DNA of 57,773 bases from Bacteroidales bacterium (GTDB lineage: Bacteria > Bacteroidota > Bacteroidia > Bacteroidales > VadinHA17), in the NCBI GenBank assembly GCA_030596125.1, contig JAUVKT010000005.1, positions 1 through 57,773 on the forward strand, read 5' to 3'. Below, piece by piece: positions 36,063-46,340 of the stretch; positions within the stretch are counted from its first letter, which is position 1; each line of letters starts with the position of its first letter. The notes under the pieces are model-generated. The model saw nothing but the letters and a program-made list of their open reading frames with translations. It did not search any database and was not told the DNA's origin. The position numbers and the translations under genes are program-made.

Positions 36063-36070
36063 TATATTTG
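36063..36070 (+). promoter_or_regulatory. -7 box (TATATTTG) for hutU
   Basis: Exact match about 25 bp upstream of ATG 36096. Confidence 0.6.
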
Positions 36071-36095
36071 TATCATAGAAAAAACAATCTTTATA

Positions 36096-38102
36096 ATGAT
36101 ATCTTCCGAATTTAAGAGAGCTATTCTTGAGGGTATACCTGGGGTTCTTCCGTCTGTAAGGAGTTGGGATGATACAGTCAGCCACCCTCCAAAGCGTAAG
36201 GATATTCTTAACTTGAGTGAGAAGAAACTTGCTCTCAAAAATGCATTAAGATATTTTCCTGAGAAATTTCATAGTAAACTGGCTCCCGAGTTTGCACAGG
36301 AACTCAAAGAGTACGGAAGAATTTATATGTATCGTTTTCGTCCGGATTACGAGATAAAAGCACGTCATATTGATGATTATCCGCATAAATCAAAACAGGC
36401 GGCAGCTATTATGCTGATGATCTCCAATAACCTTGACAGGGTTGTTGCCCAACATCCTCATGAATTAATAACTTATGGAGGTAACGGGGCAGTTTTTCAA
36501 AACTGGGCGCAGTACAGGCTTACCATGAAATACCTTGCTGAGATGACTGATGAGCAGACGCTTGTTATGTACTCAGGTCATCCGATGGGCCTGTTCCCAT
36601 CTCACAGAGATGCTCCAAGGGCTGTTGTTACAAATGGAATGGTTATTCCGAATTACTCATCGCCGGATCACTGGGAGAAGTTTAATGCACTGGGCGTTTC
36701 ACAATATGGTCAGATGACGGCCGGTTCTTATATGTATATCGGTCCGCAGGGTATTGTACATGGAACAACAATTACTCTCCTTAATGCCTGCCGTAAGATC
36801 GGATTTGAAGGAGAAGAGATGAAAGGACATCTTTTTGTCTCATCAGGTATGGGTGGGATGTCGGGTGCTCAGCCAAAAGCGGCTAATATTGCAGGTGTGA
36901 TTTCCGTTATTGCTGAGGTTAATGAGAAGGCTATTGCAACCCGTCATAGCCAGGGATGGGTAGATGTGATTATCAGTTCACCTGATGAACTTGTTGGAAG
37001 AGTAAAGAAAGCTCTTAAAAGCAAAGAAACGGTTTCGATTGCTTATCATGGGAATATTGTTAATGTATGGGAGTTGTTCTATGAAAATGATATTAAGGTT
37101 GATCTTGGATCTGACCAGACCTCCCTTCATAATCCGTGGGCAGGAGGTTACTACCCGGCAGGCCTTACCTTTAATGAATCAAACAGGATGATTCGTGAGG
37201 AACCGGAGAAGTTTAAGGAACAGGTACAGGAATCATTAAGGAGGCAAGTCAGGGCAATACAGAAACATACTGAAAAGGGAACATATTTCTTTGATTATGG
37301 AAATGCTTTTTTGCTGGAGGCATCAAGGGCGGGAGCCGATATTGTGAATAATGACGGGACCTTTATTTACCCTTCTTATGTTCAGGATATAATGGGACCA
37401 CTCTGTTTCGATTATGGTTTTGGACCATTCAGATGGGTTTGCTGTTCAAACGATCCGGCAGATCTGCAAAAAAGTGATAAAATCGCAACAGATACATTGA
37501 GGTCAATAATGAAAGAGTCACCCGTTGAGATAAGTCAGCAAATGGCAGATAACATTCATTGGGTTGAAGAGGCAGGAGAAAACAGACTGGTTGTGGGCTC
37601 ACAGGCTCGCATATTATATGCCGATGCTGAAGGGAGAGCAGAGATAGCTTCGGCGTTTAACAAGGCTATTGCCGATGGAGAAATATCTGCTCCTATTGTC
37701 CTGGGGCGTGACCATCATGATGTTTCAGGAACTGACTCACCATACAGGGAGACATCCAATATTTATGATGGCTCGGGTTATACTGCCGATATGGCAATTC
37801 AGAATGTTATTGGCGACTCGTTCAGGGGTGCTACATGGGTATCCATACATAACGGTGGCGGAGTAGGATGGGGTGAGGTTATTAATGGTGGATTTGGAAT
37901 GTTGCTCGATGGCACTGATGAAGCTGAGAGAAGGCTCCGGTTGATGCTTCACTGGGATGTGAATAACGGAATTGCCAGAAGAGGATGGGCACGCAATGAG
38001 GGTGCGCTTTTTGCTGCAAAAAGAGAGATGGAACGGACACCCGGACTACAGATCACTTTACCAAATATTGCTGATGATGAATTAGTGGATGGAGTAATTT
38101 AA
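36096..38102 (+). CDS. hutU: Urocanate hydratase (long, Bacteroidota/eukaryote-type)
   Basis: ELITYGGNG, YGQMTAGSYMYIGPQGIVHGT, GGMSGAQPKA, SDQTSLHN, GRDHHD..GTDSPYRET and HNGGGVGWG motifs. Confidence 0.97.
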   Translation: MISSEFKRAILEGIPGVLPSVRSWDDTVSHPPKRKDILNLSEKKLALKNALRYFPEKFHSKLAPEFAQELKEYGRIYMYRFRPDYEIKARHIDDYPHKSKQAAAIMLMISNNLDRVVAQHPHELITYGGNGAVFQNWAQYRLTMKYLAEMTDEQTLVMYSGHPMGLFPSHRDAPRAVVTNGMVIPNYSSPDHWEKFNALGVSQYGQMTAGSYMYIGPQGIVHGTTITLLNACRKIGFEGEEMKGHLFVSSGMGGMSGAQPKAANIAGVISVIAEVNEKAIATRHSQGWVDVIISSPDELVGRVKKALKSKETVSIAYHGNIVNVWELFYENDIKVDLGSDQTSLHNPWAGGYYPAGLTFNESNRMIREEPEKFKEQVQESLRRQVRAIQKHTEKGTYFFDYGNAFLLEASRAGADIVNNDGTFIYPSYVQDIMGPLCFDYGFGPFRWVCCSNDPADLQKSDKIATDTLRSIMKESPVEISQQMADNIHWVEEAGENRLVVGSQARILYADAEGRAEIASAFNKAIADGEISAPIVLGRDHHDVSGTDSPYRETSNIYDGSGYTADMAIQNVIGDSFRGATWVSIHNGGGVGWGEVINGGFGMLLDGTDEAERRLRLMLHWDVNNGIARRGWARNEGALFAAKREMERTPGLQITLPNIADDELVDGVI

Positions 38103-38464
38103 TATTTCCCATTTGCAAGCATTACCAGCATGCAGTCTTCCACAACCTTAATTCCGTTTTTTTTAGCCAGCTCTGCCAGCTCAGGATTAATGGTGCCGGG
38201 ATTGAATATTAATCTTTCTGGTTTCAGGGCGATAATATAGTCATAGTACTCTTTCTGATGATGCGGGTTGAGGTAAAGTGTGATTGTATGTATCTGGTCT
38301 ATATCCAATGGCTTGCCGGTCCTGATTTTAAGTCCCTCAAGGTCAACATCTTTTCTTCCGATTGCAACAATAGGAATCTCCCTGCGTTGCAGGCTCCTAA
38401 CTGCTTTGTATGCAAACCGGCTGGGCTTGGGGCTGGCACCCAGAACAAGAGTACATTTTTCCAT
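38099..38464 (-). CDS. CoA-binding domain protein (YccU-like)
   Basis: LVLGASPKP.R, HTITLYLNP, IFNPGT and C.LVML motifs. Confidence 0.88.
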   Translation of the reverse strand: MEKCTLVLGASPKPSRFAYKAVRSLQRREIPIVAIGRKDVDLEGLKIRTGKPLDIDQIHTITLYLNPHHQKEYYDYIIALKPERLIFNPGTINPELAELAKKNGIKVVEDCMLVMLANGKY

Positions 38465-38480
38465 AGAATAGTAGTTTGTA

Positions 38481-38963
38481 TCAGACTAATTGTATCAAAA
38501 CAGAAGCAATTGCGACAACTCCCTCTTCCCGTCCGGGGAATCCCATTCTTTCAGTAGTTGTAGCCTTTACACCGATTCGTGTGGATTCAATTCCGATAAT
38601 CTCCGATAATCTCTTTTTTATTGAATCAATGTGTGGTGATAATCTGGGATTTTCAAGACAAACAGTTGAGTCTATGTTGACAGTTATGAAACCATTTAAT
38701 CTTATTAACTCAATAGTTTTTTCAAGTAATATTTTACTGTCAATATCCTTGAACCGTTCGTCGGTATCCGGGAAATGATACCCAATATCCCTTAAGCCGG
38801 CGGCACCCAGAAGTGCATCACAAATAGCATGTATAAGCACATCACCGTCGGAATGGGCCACTGCCCCTTTATCTGATGGAATTAAAACACCTCCGATCCA
38901 GAGAATCAGGCCCTTTTCAAGCCTGTGAAAATCAATTCCCTGACCGATCCTGACATCCATCAA
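38481..38963 (-). CDS. ispF: 2-C-methyl-D-erythritol 2,4-cyclodiphosphate synthase
   Basis: RIGQG.D.H, HSDGDV..HAI.DALLGA, DIG.HFPDTD and VKATTTE.MGF.GR.EG motifs. Confidence 0.97.
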   Translation of the reverse strand: MMDVRIGQGIDFHRLEKGLILWIGGVLIPSDKGAVAHSDGDVLIHAICDALLGAAGLRDIGYHFPDTDERFKDIDSKILLEKTIELIRLNGFITVNIDSTVCLENPRLSPHIDSIKKRLSEIIGIESTRIGVKATTTERMGFPGREEGVVAIASVLIQLV

Positions 38964-40123
38964 CTTGCTGACTTAATATTCCTTAAGGCATTGAATTCGA
39001 AGGAGAGAGAGAACCTGAGAGTTCGGGCCAGAGGATGGTTGTGGATAAGTGGCATAAGGTATGAAACATCGAGTGAAAACACATTCATCATAAGACCGGC
39101 ACCGGCTGTAAAATATTTCCGGTTTCCTTTGCTCGCGTGTTCATGGAAATATCCACCGCGGATTGCAAACTGGTTATTGTAGATATATTCTGCCCCGAAT
39201 GAATAGGTTATCTCATGAAGCTCTTCTGTTAAACCTCCGGGTGCATCCGCGAAAGACTGGAATATTGCAATTGGCACTCCAACATTCGGATCCTTACCCT
39301 TTATTATTTCCCCGGTATTAATATCTCTGATGGGAGGTGTGGGAACCAGAAGCTTGTTAAGATCAATAAATAAGGCGATCTTATTATACTCGTCAAGATA
39401 AAATGCTGTACCCGTTCCAATTCTCAGGTTCATAGGAATAAAATCGGGATCACGTGAATCTGTATAGCTCATCTTTGAGCCAATATTGGATATATTAGTT
39501 CCGAAAGAGAGTTCAGAATCCTTACCTGAAATTGAGATCTCCTTTATGTAGAAAAATGATATATCTGATGCAAATGAGATGCCGGGTTTAGTTTCTGTTA
39601 TGCCATCGTAATATCCTCCTGTCAGATTTGAATATATGAACCGGAAAGCTATAGATCCTGATAATACATCTGTTAGCTTGCGCGAGTAACCTGCATCAAT
39701 ACTAAACTCATTTGCCCTGAAGATGAGTTGTTCATTCCCAAAATTGTCTGTAAAGGGTATATCCCCGAGGCTTGAATAGAGTAGGCTTGTACTTAACACC
39801 TGTTTATCATCGATCCTGTAATAACCTCCGAGGTATGCAATATTTATATCCGGAACCAGTGTCCTGAGCCATGGAGAATATGCTATACCGATGCCGCCTT
39901 CTCCGTCAATAAATGCATATTTTGCCGGGTTCCAGTGCATACTGTAAATGTCGGGTGATGTAGCAACTCCAACATCACCCATTCCGCCTGCCCTGCTGTC
40001 GGGAGCTATTGTCAGGAATGGGACAACAGTCTGAATTGCATTCAGATCATCCTGCCCGATTGCTGTACTTACCGGCAATATAAGACAGATAATAATAAAA
40101 TAAATAGGTGCCTTTTTTCTCAT
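38960..40123 (-). CDS. porV: T9SS outer-membrane shuttle protein PorV
   Basis: VPFLTIAPDSRAGGMGDVG.AT, WNPAKYAF, YSPWL, NKLLVPTPP and KGNRKYFT.G motifs; lies between porU and ispF. A -7 box TATATTTG is at 40144-40151. Confidence 0.93.
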   Translation of the reverse strand: MRKKAPIYFIIICLILPVSTAIGQDDLNAIQTVVPFLTIAPDSRAGGMGDVGVATSPDIYSMHWNPAKYAFIDGEGGIGIAYSPWLRTLVPDINIAYLGGYYRIDDKQVLSTSLLYSSLGDIPFTDNFGNEQLIFRANEFSIDAGYSRKLTDVLSGSIAFRFIYSNLTGGYYDGITETKPGISFASDISFFYIKEISISGKDSELSFGTNISNIGSKMSYTDSRDPDFIPMNLRIGTGTAFYLDEYNKIALFIDLNKLLVPTPPIRDINTGEIIKGKDPNVGVPIAIFQSFADAPGGLTEELHEITYSFGAEYIYNNQFAIRGGYFHEHASKGNRKYFTAGAGLMMNVFSLDVSYLMPLIHNHPLARTLRFSLSFEFNALRNIKSAS

Positions 40124-40184
40124 TAGATTTCAGTTTTCAATAGCAAATATAAAACAATTTTAATCTCTTTTTATTGTATAGCAG

Positions 40185-43100
40185 CTATAAAATAACCATT
40201 CTCCCTGATATTCGGGACTTTTCGCCATTGCTCGTAGTAATAATCACCGAATAGATATATATCCCTCTCCCTACCCGGTTTCCTCCTTCGTCGTAACCGT
40301 CCCACATAATGGGATTCAGTTTATATCCCGATGGTGTTTGTGTAGTCACAATTCTTTTTACCAGTGTTCCGCCTGTGTTGAAGATCATGATCTCAATCTC
40401 CATTTCTGTGTCGGGCCGGTTATGTTCGAGGTTGATATTCGTATTGTAAATCACAGGGTTAGGATAGTTTAATAACTTGTTGAGTATAAATTCCTCTCCT
40501 GTATCAACAAAAAAGATCAGTGTCTCGGTTGATGAGTTGTTGTAGTTATCCCAGGCCTTCAGATTAATGGTATGGTCTCCTGATTCGAGGTTGCTGAGTT
40601 GATATCTGATGCTCCCTGATATATAGGTGTTAAGATCATTCTCATAATAGTTATTTAATACAACTGAGCCTGCCCTGTTATCATCAAGGTAGGTAACAAT
40701 ATCATGTCCGATACCGGTACCTGCCGTATTTATTCCTCCGGGGTCATTTATGAGAGCAAGCAGAACGGGGTCACTGTCAGTTAAACCACCGGTTTTGAAT
40801 AGTGTGTCATTCATAAACAGGTGAATTACCGGTCCGGAAGTGTCAGCGGTAACAAAATTATTAAAGCCTCCTATCAGAAGCGAGGTATCTGCACCCGTAA
40901 AATCATTATTCTCTGAATTTGCATAATAACTGATCTTTCCATAACCGGTTGTGTAATTGATATCTCTGGGTATAAACATATTTACCTGAAAGTTCCCGTC
41001 GATTATTTCTGCTTTCCCTTTAAAGAGAATCTTGTCCTGATTGTTAAAATCATAACTATTCCCTCCATCATTGGCAAGTGTGGAAACTTTGTATGCCTTA
41101 TCGAAAGCCGATGTATATATAAAACCGTTAAAACCTGATAGTCTGTTTCCTGACCAGTCTTCTAAATGACCTTTAAGACGAACCTCAGAAAGAGCTTTAA
41201 TAGTGTCGGTGAACATGGCAACAGCCACCTCATTTACAGAATCTGTTACAATAGTTCCATGCCAGGGGTATGCCAGTCTGATAGCAGGATCGCCAAGCAG
41301 AGTAAAATTTCGTTTATTATCCCCTGAGCCGGCATTGTTTTTTGCTTTTCTCATAATATCTCCGAGAGCAAGTCCTTTTCCGTTTTCATCAAGTTCAAAC
41401 GCGTTTTCATATATCCGGCTGTTGAGAATATAGTTGGGAGCTGAATATACAATCCTTGTGGTTGTAAGCAGGGCAATACCGCCACCATCCGGATTAAGCA
41501 GCACCATCTCTCCGGCAGAAGGCTTTGTAGATATTGCACCTGTTCCCATATCAAGTTCAATATCATCAAACCTGCTGAACTCACATGTAGCAGTAATAAA
41601 TACAGCCAGTTTTGACTTGTTATTCCATGAATTAATGTCTTCCACCTTAATAACCCGTTCATGGGCAAGACCTATTTCACTGCCATGACCAAGATAGTTT
41701 AAGATAAGACATCCTGCTTCAATCCTTTCATTTATTGATTTGGTAGCTGCCGGATAAGCATCTCCGCTTATTGATGTCTCCTGGTTATATGAATCAAGGT
41801 ATATCTTATCAAAATTAAAAAATGGGGCTACAGATGAAATTGTTTTAGAAAGACTTTCAGCATCATTAATATGCGTGTTGTTGTCTTCATCGTCTGCAAC
41901 CATGCAAATAATATTTCTCCAGGGGCCCATTGATTCCGGACTGATATAGTTTTCAATCTTTTTCAGAATCAGAGAAGCCTGAGTTGTATCATAAACCGGC
42001 AATCTTCCTATGCCAATATCAATGTAACCAGTTGATTCGCCTTCTCCCGGATCAAGGAGCCCATAATAATCATCAGATGTAAATGATAGAATAGCGATAT
42101 TTGAGTTAAGTGTCTGGTATGTTGGAATATAATTAGGATTATCAGGTGGCTGTATCTTGTTCTCGTACGATCCGTCACCAAACAGAAGAAGGTATTTCAA
42201 TGGTCTTTCTCCCTCTTTATTCCTGTTATATACCATCCTTATATAATTTCTTATTGCCGAGATGTCGTTTATTCCACCGCTAAATTCGTTATAGATCTCT
42301 TCAGGTGTAATTACCAGACTGATAAGTTGATCATTCTCAAAGTGAATTTGTGCAAGCTCTTCAGCATAATCTCTGAAAATTTCGTGAGTAACGATAATCA
42401 TATCGCATTCGGCCGGATAATGGAGATTCTGGTTAACAATTTTTTCACTTATCTCTGAAGGTTTAATGGCATCTGTTACCCTGAAGGCAAAAAACTCCCG
42501 TAATGAATCGGTCCTGGTAATAAATGAGATTCCTCCTGTAATATTTTCTGATGGAATAGAAAATGGTGAAATACTGTTGGTTACATCCCATATTATAAGA
42601 TCATCATTTCCTGAAGTCAGATTAAAGCGTGTAATATTACCAGCAGCAACTCCCTTTTGATCGATCACTGAAAATGGGTATCCCTGGTATTCAAGTTTTT
42701 TTCTGTAGTGCAGGGTGAGATAGTCAAGCCATCCATTTGCACTGCTATTCCCATTATTATAAAATTTGAGTTCCAGGCTGGGGCCAACATCCATCGGGTT
42801 AAATTCGCCTGAAATATCAATACTTCTGGCAAATATGCCGGCAGTATTAAAAACATTTATTTCCGGTACCATAATTGATGAAATAGTAGTGCTGTTGCTC
42901 TCAAGTCTGAATGAGGTCATCACAGAAGAGCGGGCCAGAACCTTTATACTGTATTTTACCTGTTCTCCGGGTTCAAGGCTGGAGTTTTGCAAGATAGAAT
43001 TGAGATATACAGGAACATTAGCAGATACGGGTTCATACCATTCTCGCCCGGACTTTAAAATATTATCAGTCTCATTTTCATGGATCTCAAGCCAGTCACC

Positions 43101-43598
43101 ATAATCAGTAACATAGTTCTCGGTATAAACACCGTTTTCTTCTTCAATTATTAAAGGTTCTCTGCCGGCAGTAATAAAAAAACAGGTTGTGTCGGAATAG
43201 TAATGGCGCTGATGCAGGAAGCCATCTTCAGCACTGAATTTCCATCTGTGGGGAGAGTCGGCATAAAACAGGATATAGTCACCTGCGTTAAATATTCCGT
43301 CGCTGCCTGTTTCAACCCTGCAGGGAATCTTTACAAGATCATCAGGTGACGGTTCATCATTGTAATATGACAATAATCCCCAATTGTTACCGTACAAAGC
43401 AGGAATGATGCCTGCCGTAAGATCCATAAAATCAAGGTCTGAATAATCCAGTCTGATAACGCCTTTACCAAATACTTTTATTTTATACCAGTTGCCTTCA
43501 GACAATACCGATGAGGTAGAATAACTTTGACCATAAACCCGGACCAAAGAAATACCAGTAAATAAAATCAATATCAGTACTATCCTAAAATACCTCAT
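40185..43598 (-). CDS. porU: T9SS sortase PorU (peptidase C25 family) with C-terminal CTD
   Basis: IYNEFSGG, YLLLFGDGSY, SDDYYG, IGRLPV, catalytic NYLGHG and TATCEF, LLGDPA, KAWD.YNNS and CTD NYPNP...WDG..G...G.G.Y.Y motifs. Start ATG 43598. Confidence 0.95.
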   Translation of the reverse strand: MRYFRIVLILILFTGISLVRVYGQSYSTSSVLSEGNWYKIKVFGKGVIRLDYSDLDFMDLTAGIIPALYGNNWGLLSYYNDEPSPDDLVKIPCRVETGSDGIFNAGDYILFYADSPHRWKFSAEDGFLHQRHYYSDTTCFFITAGREPLIIEEENGVYTENYVTDYGDWLEIHENETDNILKSGREWYEPVSANVPVYLNSILQNSSLEPGEQVKYSIKVLARSSVMTSFRLESNSTTISSIMVPEINVFNTAGIFARSIDISGEFNPMDVGPSLELKFYNNGNSSANGWLDYLTLHYRKKLEYQGYPFSVIDQKGVAAGNITRFNLTSGNDDLIIWDVTNSISPFSIPSENITGGISFITRTDSLREFFAFRVTDAIKPSEISEKIVNQNLHYPAECDMIIVTHEIFRDYAEELAQIHFENDQLISLVITPEEIYNEFSGGINDISAIRNYIRMVYNRNKEGERPLKYLLLFGDGSYENKIQPPDNPNYIPTYQTLNSNIAILSFTSDDYYGLLDPGEGESTGYIDIGIGRLPVYDTTQASLILKKIENYISPESMGPWRNIICMVADDEDNNTHINDAESLSKTISSVAPFFNFDKIYLDSYNQETSISGDAYPAATKSINERIEAGCLILNYLGHGSEIGLAHERVIKVEDINSWNNKSKLAVFITATCEFSRFDDIELDMGTGAISTKPSAGEMVLLNPDGGGIALLTTTRIVYSAPNYILNSRIYENAFELDENGKGLALGDIMRKAKNNAGSGDNKRNFTLLGDPAIRLAYPWHGTIVTDSVNEVAVAMFTDTIKALSEVRLKGHLEDWSGNRLSGFNGFIYTSAFDKAYKVSTLANDGGNSYDFNNQDKILFKGKAEIIDGNFQVNMFIPRDINYTTGYGKISYYANSENNDFTGADTSLLIGGFNNFVTADTSGPVIHLFMNDTLFKTGGLTDSDPVLLALINDPGGINTAGTGIGHDIVTYLDDNRAGSVVLNNYYENDLNTYISGSIRYQLSNLESGDHTINLKAWDNYNNSSTETLIFFVDTGEEFILNKLLNYPNPVIYNTNINLEHNRPDTEMEIEIMIFNTGGTLVKRIVTTQTPSGYKLNPIMWDGYDEGGNRVGRGIYIYSVIITTSNGEKSRISGRMVIL

Positions 43599-43753
43599 AA
43601 GACCAATAATAGGTAAAGATAAATTATTTGGCAAATATCTTTCTGATCACAATAATTAACGTGATTTTTTAGTTCATATTGCAGGATATATAGAAGATAA
43701 TCTATTGAATCGTGGGTGTTGAGTGCTATATTTGTAATTATAAACAGAATAAA

Positions 43754-44722
43754 TTGAAAATAGCGGGTGTCGTACTCTTTTTGATGATTATTTCATGCAG
43801 ATTTTCTGCAACCGGACAGGATGTGGAGGGAAGCATGATTTACATTTCACGTATTATATCCAATCCGGCCTTTACGGGAGCATCACCCACTGGTGATATA
43901 AGATTGATATACAGGGATTTTTACCCTGGTAATGATTTTAATATAGGGTCGCTCTATTTCTCTTACGACTCATTTATCAAGAGGATCCATGGAGGGGCCG
44001 GGCTCTATGTTCAGGAGAACCGGATGGGTAATATTCTGAATGATTTAAGGGCGGGAGTGACATACTCATACCATTTGAGGGCAGGGAGGGATCTTTACGT
44101 AAATGCCGGGTTTATGGCATCTGTAATTCACAGGAATATAGATGTATCACAAATCGTATTTTCAGACCAGATAGATCCGTTTTTGGGGGTTGTATTACCA
44201 ACAAATGAAGTGATTGATTTTAGTTCGAGGAGTCTGTTTGATGCCGGGATTGGGTTTCTGGTTATTTATAAGGATTATCACGCCGGGCTTTCGGTTAACC
44301 ATCTGGCAAAACCTGATCTGACAGGCTCCGGCACATCCGGTTCAAAGCTGCAAAGAAGATTTACCTTTCATGCCTCCGGAATTTTTAAAATTGACGGATC
44401 GGACCTGTCATTAACCCCTCTGGCAGATATTAATTTGCAAAACCGATTCTTATGGGGCTCGGCAGGGATTGTTACAGGATATAAATTATTCAATATATCT
44501 GCCATAATGCACTATTCTGAGGCAGAAGGTATAAATTCATTACAAGCCGGGTTATTTGTTGAGTCGGGAAGAATAGGAGTGGGGTATAACTATTATTTTA
44601 ACCCTTTTGTTTTTTCAAAACAGGTGCCGTTACAACAATCCAATACCGTAACCATTATTATTGGTTTAAATTTTGTTGAAAAAAGAGGGGATACAAAAGC
44701 AATAAATTATCCCAAATTGTAG
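43754..44722 (+). CDS. PorP/SprF family T9SS membrane barrel (divergent)
   Basis: NPAFTG, YR, Y.SYD, HGG.G, YSYHL, F.DQIDP, FDAG.G and G.S..HL.KP motifs. The -7 box TATATTTG at 43727-43734 argues for a start at TTG 43754 or later. Confidence 0.75.
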   Translation: MKIAGVVLFLMIISCRFSATGQDVEGSMIYISRIISNPAFTGASPTGDIRLIYRDFYPGNDFNIGSLYFSYDSFIKRIHGGAGLYVQENRMGNILNDLRAGVTYSYHLRAGRDLYVNAGFMASVIHRNIDVSQIVFSDQIDPFLGVVLPTNEVIDFSSRSLFDAGIGFLVIYKDYHAGLSVNHLAKPDLTGSGTSGSKLQRRFTFHASGIFKIDGSDLSLTPLADINLQNRFLWGSAGIVTGYKLFNISAIMHYSEAEGINSLQAGLFVESGRIGVGYNYYFNPFVFSKQVPLQQSNTVTIIIGLNFVEKRGDTKAINYPKL

Positions 44723-44761
44723 TTATATTTAAGAATTAATAATAGTTTTATCAAAATTTAT

Positions 44762-44769
44762 TATATTTG
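44762..44769 (+). promoter_or_regulatory. -7 box (TATATTTG) for gldJ
   Basis: Exact TAnnTTTG match about 33 bp upstream of ATG 44803. Confidence 0.55.
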
Positions 44770-44802
44770 AATCATTGAAATAATACCAAAATCTAAAGTA
44801 TT

Positions 44803-46281
44803 ATGTATAAAAGCGCATCCTCGTTTCTGATTATTGTGGCTATTGTTTTTTTAGCTTCATGTGGAAGAGGCGATAATCCAAATGTCTCACCTACAACAGG
44901 TTGGGCGTATAACGATCCTGATAATGGTGGGTTTGAAGTAGTCCTCGGCGCTGAGCAGCAGACAGGACCTGGGTTGGTTCTTATTGAGGGAGGAACATTT
45001 ACTACAGGCAAAGTCACGGAAGATGTTTTTTATGATTGGAATAATGCTGTCAGAAGGGTCACTGTATCATCCTTTTATATGGATGAGACAGAAGTTAGAA
45101 ATATTGATTACCGGATGTACCTTTGGTGGCTTCAAAGAGTATATGTTGATTACCCGGAGGTAAGGATGAGGGCTCTCCCCGATACACTGGTATGGCGTAG
45201 TCCGCTTGGGTTTAATGATCCTTATGTTCAATATTATTTTCGTCACCCTTCCTATAATAACTACCCCGTAGTAGGAGTGACATGGGTACAGGCTAGTGAT
45301 TATTGCCAATGGCGTACTGACAGGGTGAATGAGCAAATTATGATAGATGAAGGAATACTGAATTATGATCCAAACCAGATAAATGAGAATAACTATAATA
45401 CTGATGCATATCTTGCCGGTCAGTATGAAGGAGTTGTAAACCAGAACCTTCCGAGTCTGGATCCTAACCAGCAGGAGAGAAGGGTAATGCTTGAGGATGG
45501 AATATTGTTACCACGATATCGCCTACCGACTGAGGCTGAGTGGGAATTTGCAGCGTATTCTCTAAAGGGTAATACATTCGAGGAGAGAATTTTTGAAAGA
45601 AGAACCTATCCATGGGACGGACATAATGTCAGGAATTCAGGTAAAAAGAATATGGGTGAATTTATGGCTAACTTCGTCCGTGGCCGTGGTGACCTTATGG
45701 GTGTAGCCGGTAGCCTTAACGATAATGGTAGTATCACCGTGGAGGTTAAGTCATACTGGCCTAATGATTACGGGCTATATTGCATGGCAGGTAATGTGAA
45801 TGAGTGGGTAGCTGATGTTTACAGGCCGTTAAGCGCCGAAGATATTGATGGTTTTAACCCTTTCAGGGGTAATGTTTATACAGATCTTAGCAGGGATGCA
45901 AATGGTAACCTTCTTACCAAAGACCAATATGGAAGAATGCAGATTGATACTGTTCAGGATGCCGATGTGGCTAACAGGTATAACTACCAGAAAGGTGATT
46001 ACAGGAACTACAGGGATGGTGACAGGAACTCAGCAATTAGTCAGACAGGATGGGCAGAAGCTGATGACTCACCGGGCTCTTCAAGGATGTATATTAGAAC
46101 TGAAACAGAGCATTTTTCTCTTATAGATGATCAGGCAAGGGTTATAAAAGGTGGCTCCTGGAAAGACAGGGCTTACTGGCTTAATCCTTCTACACGCAGA
46201 TATCTGGATCAGGAAGCATCACGTGATGACCTGGGTTTCAGATGTGCTATGATCCGGGTAGGTAGTCCTTCAGGATTTTAA
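44803..46281 (+). CDS. gldJ: Gliding motility lipoprotein GldJ (FGE/SUMF1-like domain)
   Basis: Lipobox FLASC; S.TTGW.YN, DV.YDWNN, SFYMDETEV, ALPDTLVWR, YPVVGV.W, RLPTEAEWE and GGSWKDRAYWL.P motifs; porU-divergent and murF-linked synteny, with no porL/M/N downstream. Confidence 0.8.
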   Translation: MYKSASSFLIIVAIVFLASCGRGDNPNVSPTTGWAYNDPDNGGFEVVLGAEQQTGPGLVLIEGGTFTTGKVTEDVFYDWNNAVRRVTVSSFYMDETEVRNIDYRMYLWWLQRVYVDYPEVRMRALPDTLVWRSPLGFNDPYVQYYFRHPSYNNYPVVGVTWVQASDYCQWRTDRVNEQIMIDEGILNYDPNQINENNYNTDAYLAGQYEGVVNQNLPSLDPNQQERRVMLEDGILLPRYRLPTEAEWEFAAYSLKGNTFEERIFERRTYPWDGHNVRNSGKKNMGEFMANFVRGRGDLMGVAGSLNDNGSITVEVKSYWPNDYGLYCMAGNVNEWVADVYRPLSAEDIDGFNPFRGNVYTDLSRDANGNLLTKDQYGRMQIDTVQDADVANRYNYQKGDYRNYRDGDRNSAISQTGWAEADDSPGSSRMYIRTETEHFSLIDDQARVIKGGSWKDRAYWLNPSTRRYLDQEASRDDLGFRCAMIRVGSPSGF

Positions 46282-46303
46282 ATTATTTTGAAAATATATA
46301 AGG

Positions 46304-46338
46304 CCTCATTACGGGAGACTGTAATGAGGTTTTTTTTG
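46304..46338 (+). terminator. Intrinsic terminator after gldJ
   Basis: CCTCATTAC-GGGAGACT-GTAATGAGG followed by a T-tract. Confidence 0.85.
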
Positions 46339-46340
46339 AA

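Noticed and set aside
43754-46281. porP-porK start of a porKLMN operon
   Set aside because: A terminator and murF follow instead of porL/M/N, and the motifs fit GldJ better.
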